From the IMG/VR virus record IMGVR_UViG_3300034523_000162, positions 1,842 to 65,841 of that record: a DNA stretch of 64,000 nt; one strand, written 5' to 3'. The notes under the pieces are model-generated. The model was not told the DNA's origin. It did not search any database and saw only the letters and a program-made list of their open reading frames with translations. Position numbers and translations under genes: made by a program. The stretch is from a virus (taxonomy: Duplodnaviria; Caudoviricetes). Shown piece by piece: positions 1-9,810 of the stretch. How positions within the stretch are numbered: position 1 is the stretch's first letter; each line of letters opens with the position of its first letter.

Positions 1-491
1 TTGTCTGTCGCCCGGCAGAAGTGCCACCCCTCAACGATCGGCGCCTTGTCGGTCACCGCGTAATTCCCCCACCAATCGATGACGCAGTCGTTGACGTAGC
101 AGGCCAGGAGCCGGCTGGTGCGCTTGGCCTGGTTGAACGGGTTGCGGATCAGCCAGCGGTACTGGGCGCCGACGCTGCGCTCGTTGCCCTTCTCCCGGGC
201 GCTGTGCTTGCCGCTGGGCTCGCCGAGCAGTCCGTCTTCCAGGTTGTTCCAGAGGCGCAACAGCGGCCATGTGGTCGCCTTGTAGGCCCACAGGCCCGAC
301 GACCCCTGGGCGATGTACTTCGGCTCATGGCTGGCCAGCGCGGGGCCTTCCGGGCTGCGGATGAACCGCGCCGTGGCGATGACCAGCGGCCCCATGGGAA
401 AGAAGGTCAGCAGCACGCCGGCGCCGATGACGATCGCCAGCCAGGTCCATTGCCAGGCGGCGGCCAGGATGTAGCGCAGCGGGACCTTCAT
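1..491 (-). CDS. Phage membrane-associated hypothetical protein, partial (runs off the window edge)
   Basis: Not in the ORF track. ATG overlaps the upstream TGA (TGATG). Translates MKVPLRYILAAAWQWTWLAIVIGAGVLLTFF...YRWLIRNPFN..., open to position 1, with a hydrophobic N-terminus. Confidence 0.7.
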   Translation of the reverse strand, partial: MKVPLRYILAAAWQWTWLAIVIGAGVLLTFFPMGPLVIATARFIRSPEGPALASHEPKYIAQGSSGLWAYKATTWPLLRLWNNLEDGLLGEPSGKHSAREKGNERSVGAQYRWLIRNPFNQAKRTSRLLACYVNDCVIDWWGNYAVTDKAPIVEGWHFCRATD

Positions 492-1051
492 CAGGCACCT
501 CCCTTGGCTTTGACGGCCTCGACCAGCGAGTGCATGGCGTTGTCCTTGCCCTGGCTGCTGCGGCTGCTGCCGTAGAAGTAGGCGATGATGATCGGGATGA
601 TGGTGCCCAGCAGCACGCCGAGGATGGTGTCTGCAAAGCGCTGGCTGCCGGCCGGGATGTCCTGGAAGGTGATCCCCACCAGGTAGGCCATGGCGAACGC
701 CGACCAGGCGGCGGCGAAGTAGTAGACGAACCGCTTCGAGAAGACGTCGTCTTGCGCCAGCGCGGCCTTCTGCAGGTCGCGGGCGCTCTGGCGGTCCTGG
801 TGGTCGCGCAGGGCCTCGGCGTCGGCCAGCTCCAGCACGCGCTGGCGCAGCGCGGTGGCGGCGGCGGTGTTGGCCTTGAGCTGCTCGACGATCTCCTCGG
901 GGTTGCGCAGGCTGGTGACCTGCTGGGCGACGTCGACGACCTTGCCGGCGAAGTCGGCGCCTTTGTCGCCGCCGAGCCAGCGGCCGACGACCTGGTCAAT
1001 GCCCAGGGTCTTGATCAGGCCGGTGGCGGCCGCGATGGTGATAGGGTCCAT
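491..1051 (-). CDS. Holin-like membrane protein (3TM holin type)
   Basis: Directly after the endolysin; C-terminal hydrophobic helices ending IIAYFYGSSRSS. Confidence 0.65.
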   Translation of the reverse strand: MDPITIAAATGLIKTLGIDQVVGRWLGGDKGADFAGKVVDVAQQVTSLRNPEEIVEQLKANTAAATALRQRVLELADAEALRDHQDRQSARDLQKAALAQDDVFSKRFVYYFAAAWSAFAMAYLVGITFQDIPAGSQRFADTILGVLLGTIIPIIIAYFYGSSRSSQGKDNAMHSLVEAVKAKGGA

Positions 1052-1585
1052 TCAGTTGTCCTCTGCTGCGTATTCCAGGTTGCCGGCGACGCGGTTAACC
1101 CACCCACGGCCGAACTCGTCAAAGGTGCTGATCTGCGCGATGAAGCGCAGGCGCTGGGCGGCCAGGCGCATGATCAGGTCGTTGAGTTCCATCTTGGCCA
1201 GGGCGGCCAGGCTGATCGGTCCGACGCGGCCGTCATCGAGCACGCCGGCGGCGCGCTGCAGCATGCGGATGGTGTTGCCGAAGCCGTGGTTTATGCCCAT
1301 GTCGAACAGTTGGAACACCACCGCTGCCGGCAGCTGGCCCATCTGCGCCCGGTCCCAAAAGTCGCGGCGGTAGATGGCCTTGGCCTGCTCGAGCGTCAGG
1401 TTCTTGATGTCCAGGTCGGGATAGGCCATGGCGCTGATCCCGTACTTGGTGCCCTTGAGTTCGCCCTGGCCAACAACGCCGGTGGTCCAGTTGCCCCGGT
1501 CCTTGCGGTTGTCCTGGTACTTGCCTTCGTGCCCGACGACGCGCTCAAAGGCGACCGGGAAGGCTACTGCGGCTTGGAGGGTCAT
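1052..1585 (-). CDS. Endolysin, glycoside hydrolase family 108 with C-terminal peptidoglycan-binding domain
   Basis: HEGKYQDNRKDRGNWT..GTKYGIS, FDMGINHG, DGRVGPIS, FGRGWVNRV. Start re-called at ATG 1585 (ATGA overlap). Confidence 0.9.
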   Translation of the reverse strand: MTLQAAVAFPVAFERVVGHEGKYQDNRKDRGNWTTGVVGQGELKGTKYGISAMAYPDLDIKNLTLEQAKAIYRRDFWDRAQMGQLPAAVVFQLFDMGINHGFGNTIRMLQRAAGVLDDGRVGPISLAALAKMELNDLIMRLAAQRLRFIAQISTFDEFGRGWVNRVAGNLEYAAEDN

Positions 1586-1971
1586 ACGGCGGCCCCCTTG
1601 ACGCTGGCCTGCAGCTGCTTGACCTGGTCGGCCAAGGTGCGCGACAGCTGATTGACGTCGTCGCGCATGTCGTTGCGGATCTGGCGGGTTTCCTGGCGCA
1701 GCAGGTCGTACAGCTCTTTGATCTCGACCCGGCGCACGCTCTCCAGGTCGGCCTTGATGCCGTTGCGCAGCTCGTCCAGCTCCTGGCGGGTGACGAAGTT
1801 GTGCTGCTCGCGCTGCAGCTCGAGGATCTGGTTGCGGTTGGCCTCGCATTCCTTTTCGAGCCGCTGGTTGGCGGTGGCTTGGGCTGCGATCTGCTGGCGC
1901 AGAAGCCAGCCGAAGACGCTGGCGGCAAGGCCGCCGGCAAAGATAACGATGGTTAAGGTGTCGCCCGTCAT
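1582..1971 (-). CDS. Single-TM coiled-coil protein (putative holin/antiholin)
   Basis: N-terminal TM (LTIVIFAGGLAASVFGWLL) plus coiled coil, directly upstream of the endolysin. Confidence 0.6.
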   Translation of the reverse strand: MTGDTLTIVIFAGGLAASVFGWLLRQQIAAQATANQRLEKECEANRNQILELQREQHNFVTRQELDELRNGIKADLESVRRVEIKELYDLLRQETRQIRNDMRDDVNQLSRTLADQVKQLQASVKGAAV

Positions 1972-2075
1972 GAGCTGGCTCCCCGGTAGCGCTGCCGCGC
2001 ACGGCGGCTTGAAATGCCGCAAATGCGGCGCGTGCGCGGCTCTCCCGGTACCGCTGACCGGGAGTTTACAGGCGG

Positions 2076-2429
2076 CTATTCCGTGGCCACAGAACGGGCT
2101 GGACTGGTCGGGACGGAGAAATCCCGGGGCAGGTGTTCGTGCGCCAGCTCGCCCAGGTAGGCCAGCTGGCAGTGGCGGATGACGACGCCGCCGGGGAAGG
2201 TCTGCCGATCGCGCCAGAACAGCGCGTCGATCGCCGCCCGAGCCCAGCGCCAGCGCCGCTTGGCGTTGATGGCGCTGGCGCCCCGGTAGGCCCGGCTCGA
2301 CAGGGTTTCGTCGTTGTAGCCCCACAGCATCGCGTTGGCGAGCTGGTCGAGGCCGATCAAGACGCCGAGCCAATAGGCCCGGCGCCCGTAGTTCGCCTGG
2401 TACGTCGCCTGGTCTAGTTTGCTGGCCAT
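2076..2429 (-). CDS. Conserved phage hypothetical protein
   Basis: DQLANAMLWGYNDETLSSRAYR motif typical of small tail/lysis-region genes. Confidence 0.7.
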   Translation of the reverse strand: MASKLDQATYQANYGRRAYWLGVLIGLDQLANAMLWGYNDETLSSRAYRGASAINAKRRWRWARAAIDALFWRDRQTFPGGVVIRHCQLAYLGELAHEHLPRDFSVPTSPARSVATE

Positions 2430-2977
2430 ACGATCGCCTCTACTTCCGCCGTGGTGGTGGCCGCGTCCAGCTGGCCCTTAAGGGTCCATGCCTTCTGGTA
2501 GTTGCTGGCCAGGAACGTGGCGACCGCCATGCCCATGTCCACCATCTGCCCCGGGGTGAGCAGGTACGTCTCGTCGCTTTCGGCCCGGAACGGCATGGTG
2601 GCGGCCGTGACGCCGGCGGTCTGCAGGATCAGCGCGCTGGTGGTCTGCCCGTTGACGTTGGCAATGTCGCGCTCGTCTCGCAGCTGGACCACGTCCTGGA
2701 CGTTGCCCGGGAAGGCCCAGGGCATGCCGGCGGCCTCGGCGGCCTTGCGCCACTGCTCGATCTCGCGGCGCTTGCGCTTCTGCGCCTCCTCCATCGTCAG
2801 GTTCCAGGGCTCCACCGGGCCGAAGTCGCCGCGTTGCAGGCCCTCGAAAATGGCCTGATTCTCCAGGTCCGAGTCGTTCGGGCAGGCGGTGTACGGAATC
2901 CAGCCCAGGGTGGCGTGCTCCAGCTCCAGGTTGATCTGGCCGGCTTCGTTGTAGTGGGGGTTGCGGATGTTCGGCAT
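2414..2977 (-). CDS. Tail fibre assembly/accessory protein (DUF4376-like)
   Basis: Follows the fibre gene; LGWIPYTACPND N-terminus and ...AEVEAIVW C-terminus. Confidence 0.7.
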   Translation of the reverse strand: MPNIRNPHYNEAGQINLELEHATLGWIPYTACPNDSDLENQAIFEGLQRGDFGPVEPWNLTMEEAQKRKRREIEQWRKAAEAAGMPWAFPGNVQDVVQLRDERDIANVNGQTTSALILQTAGVTAATMPFRAESDETYLLTPGQMVDMGMAVATFLASNYQKAWTLKGQLDAATTTAEVEAIVWPAN

Positions 2978-4599
2978 CAGGAAACTCTCAGGAAAATGGA
3001 CACGCTGTCGCCGTCGTTGTCATCGGCGTTCTGGATGTACCCCATCATTCGCCAGGTACCGGCGGCGGTGATGACCGACGGCTTGGAGCCCCAGCAGTTG
3101 GACCAGCGCAGGTTGCCGCCGGCTACCAGCGTGCCGGGCGTGGTGCCGCCGTTGCCGGCGACGCTGAACAGGCCATAGGAGCCAACATCACCAGCGGCGT
3201 TGTTGGAGTGGCCGACCGGGTTGCCGGCGATCCACATGCCAGCGCCGGCGTATACGCCGCCGTTGCCCGTGACATTCGTGAATACGCCAGAAGACGCCGT
3301 TACCGATGCGCCGTAATAGCCGCCGGCAATAGACAGGGAGCCGTCGCCGCCGTTGTAGTTGAGCGTGTAGGTGGCGCTGTAGGCGCCGATTTTGAAGACG
3401 TTGTCGGAATCCAGGCCGGCCTTGATGGCGTAGTTGCCTGGCCGGTGGAACACGATCGCCGCTGCGCCGGGGCTGGCCCGGACCTCCAGCGCGCCCGAGG
3501 CGTTGCCGGCGTTGAAGTTGGCGTTCATTGGGCCGGCGTCGAACAGCGGAATGCCGTCGGAACCGATGGTGATACGGGAAACGCCGCCGGTGGCAAGCGC
3601 CAGCGTGTCCTTGGCGGGCAGGAACATGCCGGTGTTGTTGTCGGTGGCGAAGCTGTAAGCGGGCAGCGCGGCAGTGCCCGTTGCCCCCGACAGGTACTGG
3701 CCAGAGGTGTTCCACAGCGCGCGCTGGACGCCGCCGGTGGTGATGGCCAGCTGGTCGGCGGCCGGGCTGTAAATGCCGGTGTTCGGGTCGGCGTTGAACG
3801 AGAAAATCGGCAAATCCACCGTGCCGAGGCTGCCGGCGAGGTATTGGTTGCTGGCGTTGATGATCGCCGCCACGACGCCGGCGGTGGTGATGCCTACCTG
3901 GTCGGCCGCCGGGCTGTAGATACCGGTGTTCGGGTCGCCGTTGAAGCTGAAAATCGGCAAGGCCGCCGTGCCGAGGCTGCCGGCGAGGTATTGGTTGCTG
4001 GCGTTGATGATCGCCGCCACGACGCCGGCGGTGGTGATGCCCACCTGGTCGGCACCTGGGCTGTAGATGCCGGTGTTCGGGTCGCCGTTGAAGCTGAAAA
4101 TGGGCAGCGCGGCCGTGCCCAGGCCGCCGGCCAGGTACTGGTCGCTGCTGTTCCAAAGCGCGGCCAAACTGCCGCCGGCGGTGATCGCCAGCTGGTCGGC
4201 TGCAGGCTGGTACAGGCCGGTGTTGGTGTCGCCGAGAAAGGCCAGCGCGGGCAGCGAGACGGTACCGGCCGGCAGGCCGTATTCCGGGCTGATGACCTTG
4301 TCGGCCGGCAAGGTGCAGAACACGTCGCGCGTGCCGGCGGCCCAGTTGACCTTGGTGGTGCCGCCGGCGGAGCTGGTCAGCACGGTGTCGCGGCTCAGGG
4401 TGCTGGGGGTGCCGCTGGTGACGGTGCCGATCCCGATTTCCCACGCGGTGCCGTCGGTGATGCAGTAGTACGTGTTGTTGCCACTGCCAATGCCGGCGAC
4501 AAACGTCTGGTAGCCGGACGCTGCGCCGCCGAGCGACAGCGTGCCGGTACCAGTGGTGGTGGAAGTCTCGCGGACGCGATCCGCAACGTTGAACGCCAT
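2977..4599 (-). CDS. Tail fibre protein with five 49-aa repeats
   Basis: MAFNVADRVRETSTTTGTG N-terminus, repeated GTAALPIFSFNGDPNTGIY, C-terminal GTWRMMG...FLRVS. Confidence 0.85.
   Translation of the reverse strand: MAFNVADRVRETSTTTGTGTLSLGGAASGYQTFVAGIGSGNNTYYCITDGTAWEIGIGTVTSGTPSTLSRDTVLTSSAGGTTKVNWAAGTRDVFCTLPADKVISPEYGLPAGTVSLPALAFLGDTNTGLYQPAADQLAITAGGSLAALWNSSDQYLAGGLGTAALPIFSFNGDPNTGIYSPGADQVGITTAGVVAAIINASNQYLAGSLGTAALPIFSFNGDPNTGIYSPAADQVGITTAGVVAAIINASNQYLAGSLGTVDLPIFSFNADPNTGIYSPAADQLAITTGGVQRALWNTSGQYLSGATGTAALPAYSFATDNNTGMFLPAKDTLALATGGVSRITIGSDGIPLFDAGPMNANFNAGNASGALEVRASPGAAAIVFHRPGNYAIKAGLDSDNVFKIGAYSATYTLNYNGGDGSLSIAGGYYGASVTASSGVFTNVTGNGGVYAGAGMWIAGNPVGHSNNAAGDVGSYGLFSVAGNGGTTPGTLVAGGNLRWSNCWGSKPSVITAAGTWRMMGYIQNADDNDGDSVSIFLRVS
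3560..4266 (-). repeat. About five tandem 147-bp (49-codon) repeats in the tail fibre gene
   Basis: The same block GTATTGGTTGCTGGCGTTGATGATCGCCGCCACGACGCCGGCGGTGGTGATGCC occurs at 3841 and 3988. Confidence 0.9.
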
Positions 4600-5382
4600 T
4601 TAGAGCCTCTCCTCGATTCGATAGGCTTTGTTGTAAACCCCGAAGCTCGGGTTACTGATTTCTGAGGTGGATTCGAGCGTACCCCAGATGGCCTGCTCGC
4701 TCCGGTTGCTGCCGTCGACGTCCAGTAGTGCCAGCAGGTCGCGGTGCAGGCCGCAGTTGCGGTCGATCTCCAGGACGCCGCCCAGGGCCTCGGTTTGCGT
4801 CAGGAAGTCGAACTTGAAGGCGACGGCCCGGTACATCGGCTGGATGTCGATATAGGTCTGCCCGCCCCGGCTGCGGTTCTTGCGGCTGGGGTCGATGTAG
4901 GCGACGGACCAGTTGTAGGAGTAGTTGACCTTGGGCTGGAACATCGGGCCCATGAACAGGCGCCCGGCCTGCAGGTAGCCGCTGGCGCCGCTGTCCGTGA
5001 GGTCAATTTTCCAGTACCGGGCGCTGATCTCGCTGGCCATGATCAGCGACGCCAGGCCGTAGCGCGTGTCGATGCCGGCCGACACGGTGCCGCTGTCGTA
5101 CACGATGCCGGTGGCCACCAGGGGATCGCTGCTGCTGGCCCGCACGCGCCAGGTGGCGGCGGCAGTCAGGTTGGTGCCGATCAGCGCGACGACCTGGACC
5201 GGCTGGGCGCTGGCCATGTCGATGCGCAGGTTCTGACTGGTGACGCTGGTGGTGCGCCACTTTTTCGCAATGTGCGGGTCTTTGAGGTTCTCGGCCGGGA
5301 GGGTGGCCACCTCGGTGCTTGGCGTGATGATGGTACTGCTTGGGGCGGCCTTGTTGTCCCAGGCGAGGATGGCAGATGGCAT
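4600..5382 (-). CDS. Tail tip protein (distal-tail-like)
   Basis: Position in the tail module; beta-rich carbohydrate-binding-like segment (ARYWKIDL..GYLQAGRLFMG). Confidence 0.65.
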   Translation of the reverse strand: MPSAILAWDNKAAPSSTIITPSTEVATLPAENLKDPHIAKKWRTTSVTSQNLRIDMASAQPVQVVALIGTNLTAAATWRVRASSSDPLVATGIVYDSGTVSAGIDTRYGLASLIMASEISARYWKIDLTDSGASGYLQAGRLFMGPMFQPKVNYSYNWSVAYIDPSRKNRSRGGQTYIDIQPMYRAVAFKFDFLTQTEALGGVLEIDRNCGLHRDLLALLDVDGSNRSEQAIWGTLESTSEISNPSFGVYNKAYRIEERL

Positions 5383-5386
5383 AGGG

Positions 5387-7639
5387 TCACCCGAATACGG
5401 TTAGTTCGACTTTGTTGGTGCTGGCGTCCTCGCTGACCCGGACGATGGCGAACTGGCGCCCGTTGTCCAGGCCCCAGCGGGGGAACTTGAGGGTGATGAC
5501 GTCGCCCAGGTCCAGCAAGAAGGCTTGCGTCTTCAATTCCACGCGGTACATCGACCGGGCGGCGCCGTACAGGCCCAGCTGGCGGTCGGCCTCGACCTGG
5601 GCGGAGGATTCGTTGTTGAAGAACGCCACGATCGGGGCGCTGTCGGTGGCCAGCAGGTGCCGGCTCAGAATGCTGGCGTCCTGGGCGACCGCCAGCTTGG
5701 CGTCGATCGCCAGCTCGGCGCGGCGCTCGGCCGTGACCGAGCCGGCCAGGTCGCTGGTCTGCGGGGTCCAGTTGCGGGCGTACATGACGCGCCGGCGCCA
5801 GTTCGGCGGGTTGATGCTGTCAGGCAGCGGCAGGCGCTCGATGTCCAGGATCTCGATCGGGCCGAATTCCATTTCCGACACCCCGGCCGGGGCCTTGAAC
5901 ACGGCTGCCTGCAGCTTGCCGGCGCGGCTGAAGCCGTACCACCCGCCGATGCCCTTGGCCAAGGCTTCCAGGATGTCGCGCAGGCTGGCCTGCTCGTTGA
6001 TGTAGATCCCGACGGCGGCGCCGTTGGCGCTGCGGCAGGCGGCCATGGCGGCGCTGTCGATCTCGCTGTCGGCCAGGTTTCCGTGGCGCCTGGCCATGTG
6101 GTTGATGATGTCGGCCGTGGTGACGGTCATCGGGGCCACCAGGTTGACGACGTCCTGCAGGTAACGCTCGGCGATCGACAGCTCGCTGGCGCTGGCCGCC
6201 CGATCGAGGATGACGGCGCCATAGAACCGGCCGTTCCAGTAGGAGCCGGCGGCGGTGGCACCGGTGGCGCCCTGGCAGCCCAGGAAGAAGCTGGTTGCGG
6301 TGCCCGGGTAGGCGATGGTGCCGCCGGCGCCGGTGTAGCTGGCCTTCTCGACGGCCTCGACGCGCAGGTCGACGTCCTTGAGGTCGCACCAGGTGGTGAG
6401 TACGTGGTTGCCGGCGGCCAGGGTGGCCGGCGACAGCACGCTGCGCGCGGCCCCGCCCAGGGTGATCATGGTGCCGGTGTTGGCCGTGACGCCGTCGCTG
6501 TAGTGGCCGATCTCCCAGCCGTTGGCGCCGTTGCTGCTGGTGGTCATCAGTTTGCGGCTGACCAGCTCGCTCCAGCTGGCGGCCTGGGCGGCCACCACGG
6601 CGGTAACGCCGAGGCTGAATTGGTAGGCGGCGCTGGTGACCGACACCAGGAACTGGGCCCCGGAGAATTGCAGGTAATAGGCCCCGGTGGTGGCGTCCTT
6701 TTGCAGCGTCGGCCGGGCGCCGGCGCTGGGCTGCCACAGGTCGCGGGCGGTACCGCTCTTGTCGGCCAGGTAGCCGACCGGCTGGCCCACGGCCGTGACC
6801 TTGGTGGTGCGCGCCGAGTCCTGCCACATGGTCGAGAAGTCGCTGGGGTCAAGCCAGGCGCCGCCGGTACCGCCGGTGAACAGCGACGCCGGGGTCAGCA
6901 CCTCGCCCACCGCGTCGACGGTGATCTCGCCCGCCGGCATGGCCGACAGGGTGAAGCTGCCGGTGGCCAGGTCGACGCTGTAGCCCGTGCCCGGGGTGAG
7001 CAAGGCGCCCCGGTCGTACACGGCATCGAGCGAGCGCAGGGCGCCGTCGTGGACCTGGTACAGCAGCTGGGTGGCGTCGACCATCACCGCCGAAACGTTG
7101 AGGCACTTGCCGTAAAGCAGCGGCTTGGGCCGGCCCACGACGTTGGCGTCGCCCGCCAGGCCGCCGGCGCCGGTGTACAGGTCGCGCTGAATCGGGATCT
7201 CCAGCTTGTAGCCGAAGTCGCGCACCAGGAGCCGCACGCGGTCTTCGTCGACCTCCCAGCCGCGCGCGGTGCCGTCGAAGATGACCCCGAAGTCGCTATA
7301 GGCGAAGTCCTCGGCGCCGACCTTGACCGTCACCCGCCGGCCGTCGACGGCGCTGCCGGTAACAATGCTGTCGTAGTAGCCGTCGCTGTTGAGCATCTCG
7401 ATATCGCCCCAGCCGGTCGCGGCCTGGCCGGCGGGCTCGCCTTGGCCGATCAGGCTGCGCTCAAAGCGCAGGGGCACGTCCAGGCGGCCCTCGAAGTAGG
7501 TTTGCGACGGGGTGTCGGTGGCCTTGCTGATAAAGCCCTGGCTGGCGGCGTAGACGGTCGTGAGGCCGTAGGCCCCGGTCTGCTCGCCGATCAGGATGCC
7601 AAGGGGGAATTCGGAGAAGGCGTAGGCGCCAAAGAACAT
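5387..7639 (-). CDS. Tail tip/hub protein with an inserted LamG/lectin-like domain
   Basis: KPLLYGKCLNVSA..YQVHDG hub-like motifs; internal AWLDPSDFSTMWQD..VGYLADKSG..ARPTL module. Confidence 0.7.
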   Translation of the reverse strand: MFFGAYAFSEFPLGILIGEQTGAYGLTTVYAASQGFISKATDTPSQTYFEGRLDVPLRFERSLIGQGEPAGQAATGWGDIEMLNSDGYYDSIVTGSAVDGRRVTVKVGAEDFAYSDFGVIFDGTARGWEVDEDRVRLLVRDFGYKLEIPIQRDLYTGAGGLAGDANVVGRPKPLLYGKCLNVSAVMVDATQLLYQVHDGALRSLDAVYDRGALLTPGTGYSVDLATGSFTLSAMPAGEITVDAVGEVLTPASLFTGGTGGAWLDPSDFSTMWQDSARTTKVTAVGQPVGYLADKSGTARDLWQPSAGARPTLQKDATTGAYYLQFSGAQFLVSVTSAAYQFSLGVTAVVAAQAASWSELVSRKLMTTSSNGANGWEIGHYSDGVTANTGTMITLGGAARSVLSPATLAAGNHVLTTWCDLKDVDLRVEAVEKASYTGAGGTIAYPGTATSFFLGCQGATGATAAGSYWNGRFYGAVILDRAASASELSIAERYLQDVVNLVAPMTVTTADIINHMARRHGNLADSEIDSAAMAACRSANGAAVGIYINEQASLRDILEALAKGIGGWYGFSRAGKLQAAVFKAPAGVSEMEFGPIEILDIERLPLPDSINPPNWRRRVMYARNWTPQTSDLAGSVTAERRAELAIDAKLAVAQDASILSRHLLATDSAPIVAFFNNESSAQVEADRQLGLYGAARSMYRVELKTQAFLLDLGDVITLKFPRWGLDNGRQFAIVRVSEDASTNKVELTVFG

Positions 7640-9360
7640 TATGCGACCCTTACTTCTGGCTCGAATTCGAGCGTGTAGATTCGGTTGGCGTCCGGCGCCC
7701 TGACCACCTTGGCCAGGGGGTCCGTTGGCGCGGGGTTGACGGTGCCGCTGCTCGGCCCCGGGGCGCGCACCTGCATGACGCCGATTTCAACGGTGAACAC
7801 CCGTTTCTCCTCGGGGCGTAACAGCAGCTTGGCCACGGGGGTGCTGGGCAATGCGGCGGGGGCGCCCGGGGCCTTGCCCGGTACGCGGAAGGTTTCGGGG
7901 CTGATCTCGACCGCAAACACCCGCTGAATCGTCGGACTGGTCGCTAACAGCTCGAAAAGGCTAACAATTTTGGCCTTGACCGAAGAACTGCCGGCGAGAC
8001 TGGCGCGCAGCATCTGCTCCCGGCCGGCAAAGGCCGTAACAGAGCCGGCGCCGGCGACGCTGGCAGTAAACCCGTTGATCTTCTCCGGGTCGGCCTCCAA
8101 CACCGATCCGGCGCCGGTCAGGGTGGTGCTCAGGGCCTCGATGTGGTTCGGGTAGCCGGTGATGCTGCCTGCGCCCGCCACAGTGGCCTTCAACACCACT
8201 TCCATGATGTAGGCGGCGTCCAGGCTGCCGGCGCCGGCGACGGTGGCCACCGGCCCGCGAACGGCGCCCGGGGCGGCGGTGACGGTACCGGCGCCGTTCA
8301 GGTCGGCGTCAGCGGCGTTGATCAGCTCTGGCTCGGCGTCGATGCTGCCCGCGCCGGCGATCGATGCGGTGGCCACCGCGCGCAGGTCCTGGTCGGCAGT
8401 GACCGATCCCGCGCCGGCGACGCTGGCACCGGTGCCGTTGATCAGCTGCTCGTCGCCGTCGATATCGCCGGTACCGGCCACGCTGGCCGTGGCCACCGCG
8501 TACAGGTCCGGGTTGGCGGTGATCGAGCCTGCGCCCGCTACGGTGGCCGTGAAGCCCAACAGCAGGTCAAAGGCGCCGTCGATATCGCCCGCGCCGGCGA
8601 TCGACGCCGTGGGGCCCCGGATGGCCCCTGGAACGGCGGTAACGCTGCCGGCGCCGGCGACGTCGGCGTCCGTGTCCAGCCAGAAGCCTGTGAGCGTGCC
8701 CTGGCGGATACCGCCGCCGATCGGCGCCTCACCGAACGCGCCGCCGGCGAAGGGCACCACCTCCTCGGGGTCGCCCAGCCAGCCGCGCCCGTTCAGCACG
8801 TAGGCGTCGGTGCTCAGCGGGTAGCCGCCGTTGCCGGTGATGGTGCCGGTACCGGCCACGCTGGCCGTCGGGCCGTGGATCAGCTCGTCGTCGCCATCGA
8901 TGCTGCCGGCGCCGGCGACGCTGGCCGTTCCCACGGCGTACAGGTCAGGGTTGGCGGTGATGGTGCCCGCCCCTGCCACCGAGGCGGTGGCCACCGCCCG
9001 GCGGTCGGCCTCGCCGTCGATGCTGCCGGTACCGGCGACGTCGGCCTCGGCAACCGCGTACAGATCGGGGTTTGCGGTGATCGTGCCGGCGCCGGCGACG
9101 GTGATGGTGGCCACCGCGCGCAGGTCAGCGTCGGCCGTAAGGGTGCCGGCACCGGTGAGGGTGTCGGCGTCCAGCGGCTCGATTAGGTTGGGGACGGAGG
9201 TAATGGAGCCGGCGCCAGCGACGCTGGCGGTGGCCACCGCGCGCCGATCGGCATCAGCGGTGACGCTGCCGGCGCCCGCCAGGTCGGCGTCGACGTCGTG
9301 GGTGCCGGCGGTGGAAAAGGCCGCTAGGGGCGTGACCGAAAACGGCGAACTACTGAACAC
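7639..9360 (-). CDS. Repeat-rich acidic tail/virion protein
   Basis: Many ASVAGAGSI(T/D) repeats; TAATG coupling to the next gene. Confidence 0.7.
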   Translation of the reverse strand: MFSSSPFSVTPLAAFSTAGTHDVDADLAGAGSVTADADRRAVATASVAGAGSITSVPNLIEPLDADTLTGAGTLTADADLRAVATITVAGAGTITANPDLYAVAEADVAGTGSIDGEADRRAVATASVAGAGTITANPDLYAVGTASVAGAGSIDGDDELIHGPTASVAGTGTITGNGGYPLSTDAYVLNGRGWLGDPEEVVPFAGGAFGEAPIGGGIRQGTLTGFWLDTDADVAGAGSVTAVPGAIRGPTASIAGAGDIDGAFDLLLGFTATVAGAGSITANPDLYAVATASVAGTGDIDGDEQLINGTGASVAGAGSVTADQDLRAVATASIAGAGSIDAEPELINAADADLNGAGTVTAAPGAVRGPVATVAGAGSLDAAYIMEVVLKATVAGAGSITGYPNHIEALSTTLTGAGSVLEADPEKINGFTASVAGAGSVTAFAGREQMLRASLAGSSSVKAKIVSLFELLATSPTIQRVFAVEISPETFRVPGKAPGAPAALPSTPVAKLLLRPEEKRVFTVEIGVMQVRAPGPSSGTVNPAPTDPLAKVVRAPDANRIYTLEFEPEVRVA

Positions 9361-9390
9361 GGCCGCGCCCTCCTGCGGTTAAGGGGTGAC

Positions 9391-9801
9391 TTAGTCGATC
9401 GATACGGTCAGGTTGTTCGCTGCAAAGCGCAGGGAGTCACCGACCGCCACCGCCTTGCTCGCGGTTACCGGCCCGTAGAACAGCAGGTTGCCGGCGCCGA
9501 TGGTGGCGCTGTCGACGATGCCGATGTGGGTCACGGTGCCCCAGCTGGTGGTCACGCAAGGGCCGAAGTTGATGTCGGCCGCGTTCTGCGACGTCGAGCC
9601 GCCCGAGCTGGTCGACATGGTGCTGGTGATGGCCTGGCGCGCGTAGCCTCGGCTCGCCGGCACCTCGGCGGTCAAGGTGCCCGAATCGGTCGGGTCGGCG
9701 GTGAACAGCGCCAGGTAAACCGTGGTGGGCATGGTGTACGCGGCCTTGCCCAGGATGTGGTTGGTCAGCGCCGTTTCGGCGTAGTTGGTGAGTTTGCTCA
9801 T
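9391..9801 (-). CDS. Small tail structural protein
   Basis: VYLALFTADP..GYARQAI..WGTVTHIGI..GNLLFYG pattern of a common phage tail family. Confidence 0.75.
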   Translation of the reverse strand: MSKLTNYAETALTNHILGKAAYTMPTTVYLALFTADPTDSGTLTAEVPASRGYARQAITSTMSTSSGGSTSQNAADINFGPCVTTSWGTVTHIGIVDSATIGAGNLLFYGPVTASKAVAVGDSLRFAANNLTVSID

Positions 9802-9810
9802 GGGTGGCCC

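Noticed and set aside
3560-4266. Tail fibre repeats as a diversity-generating retroelement TR/VR pair
   Set aside because: The repeats are tandem, in frame and internal, show no adenine-specific pattern, and no reverse transcriptase is in the window.
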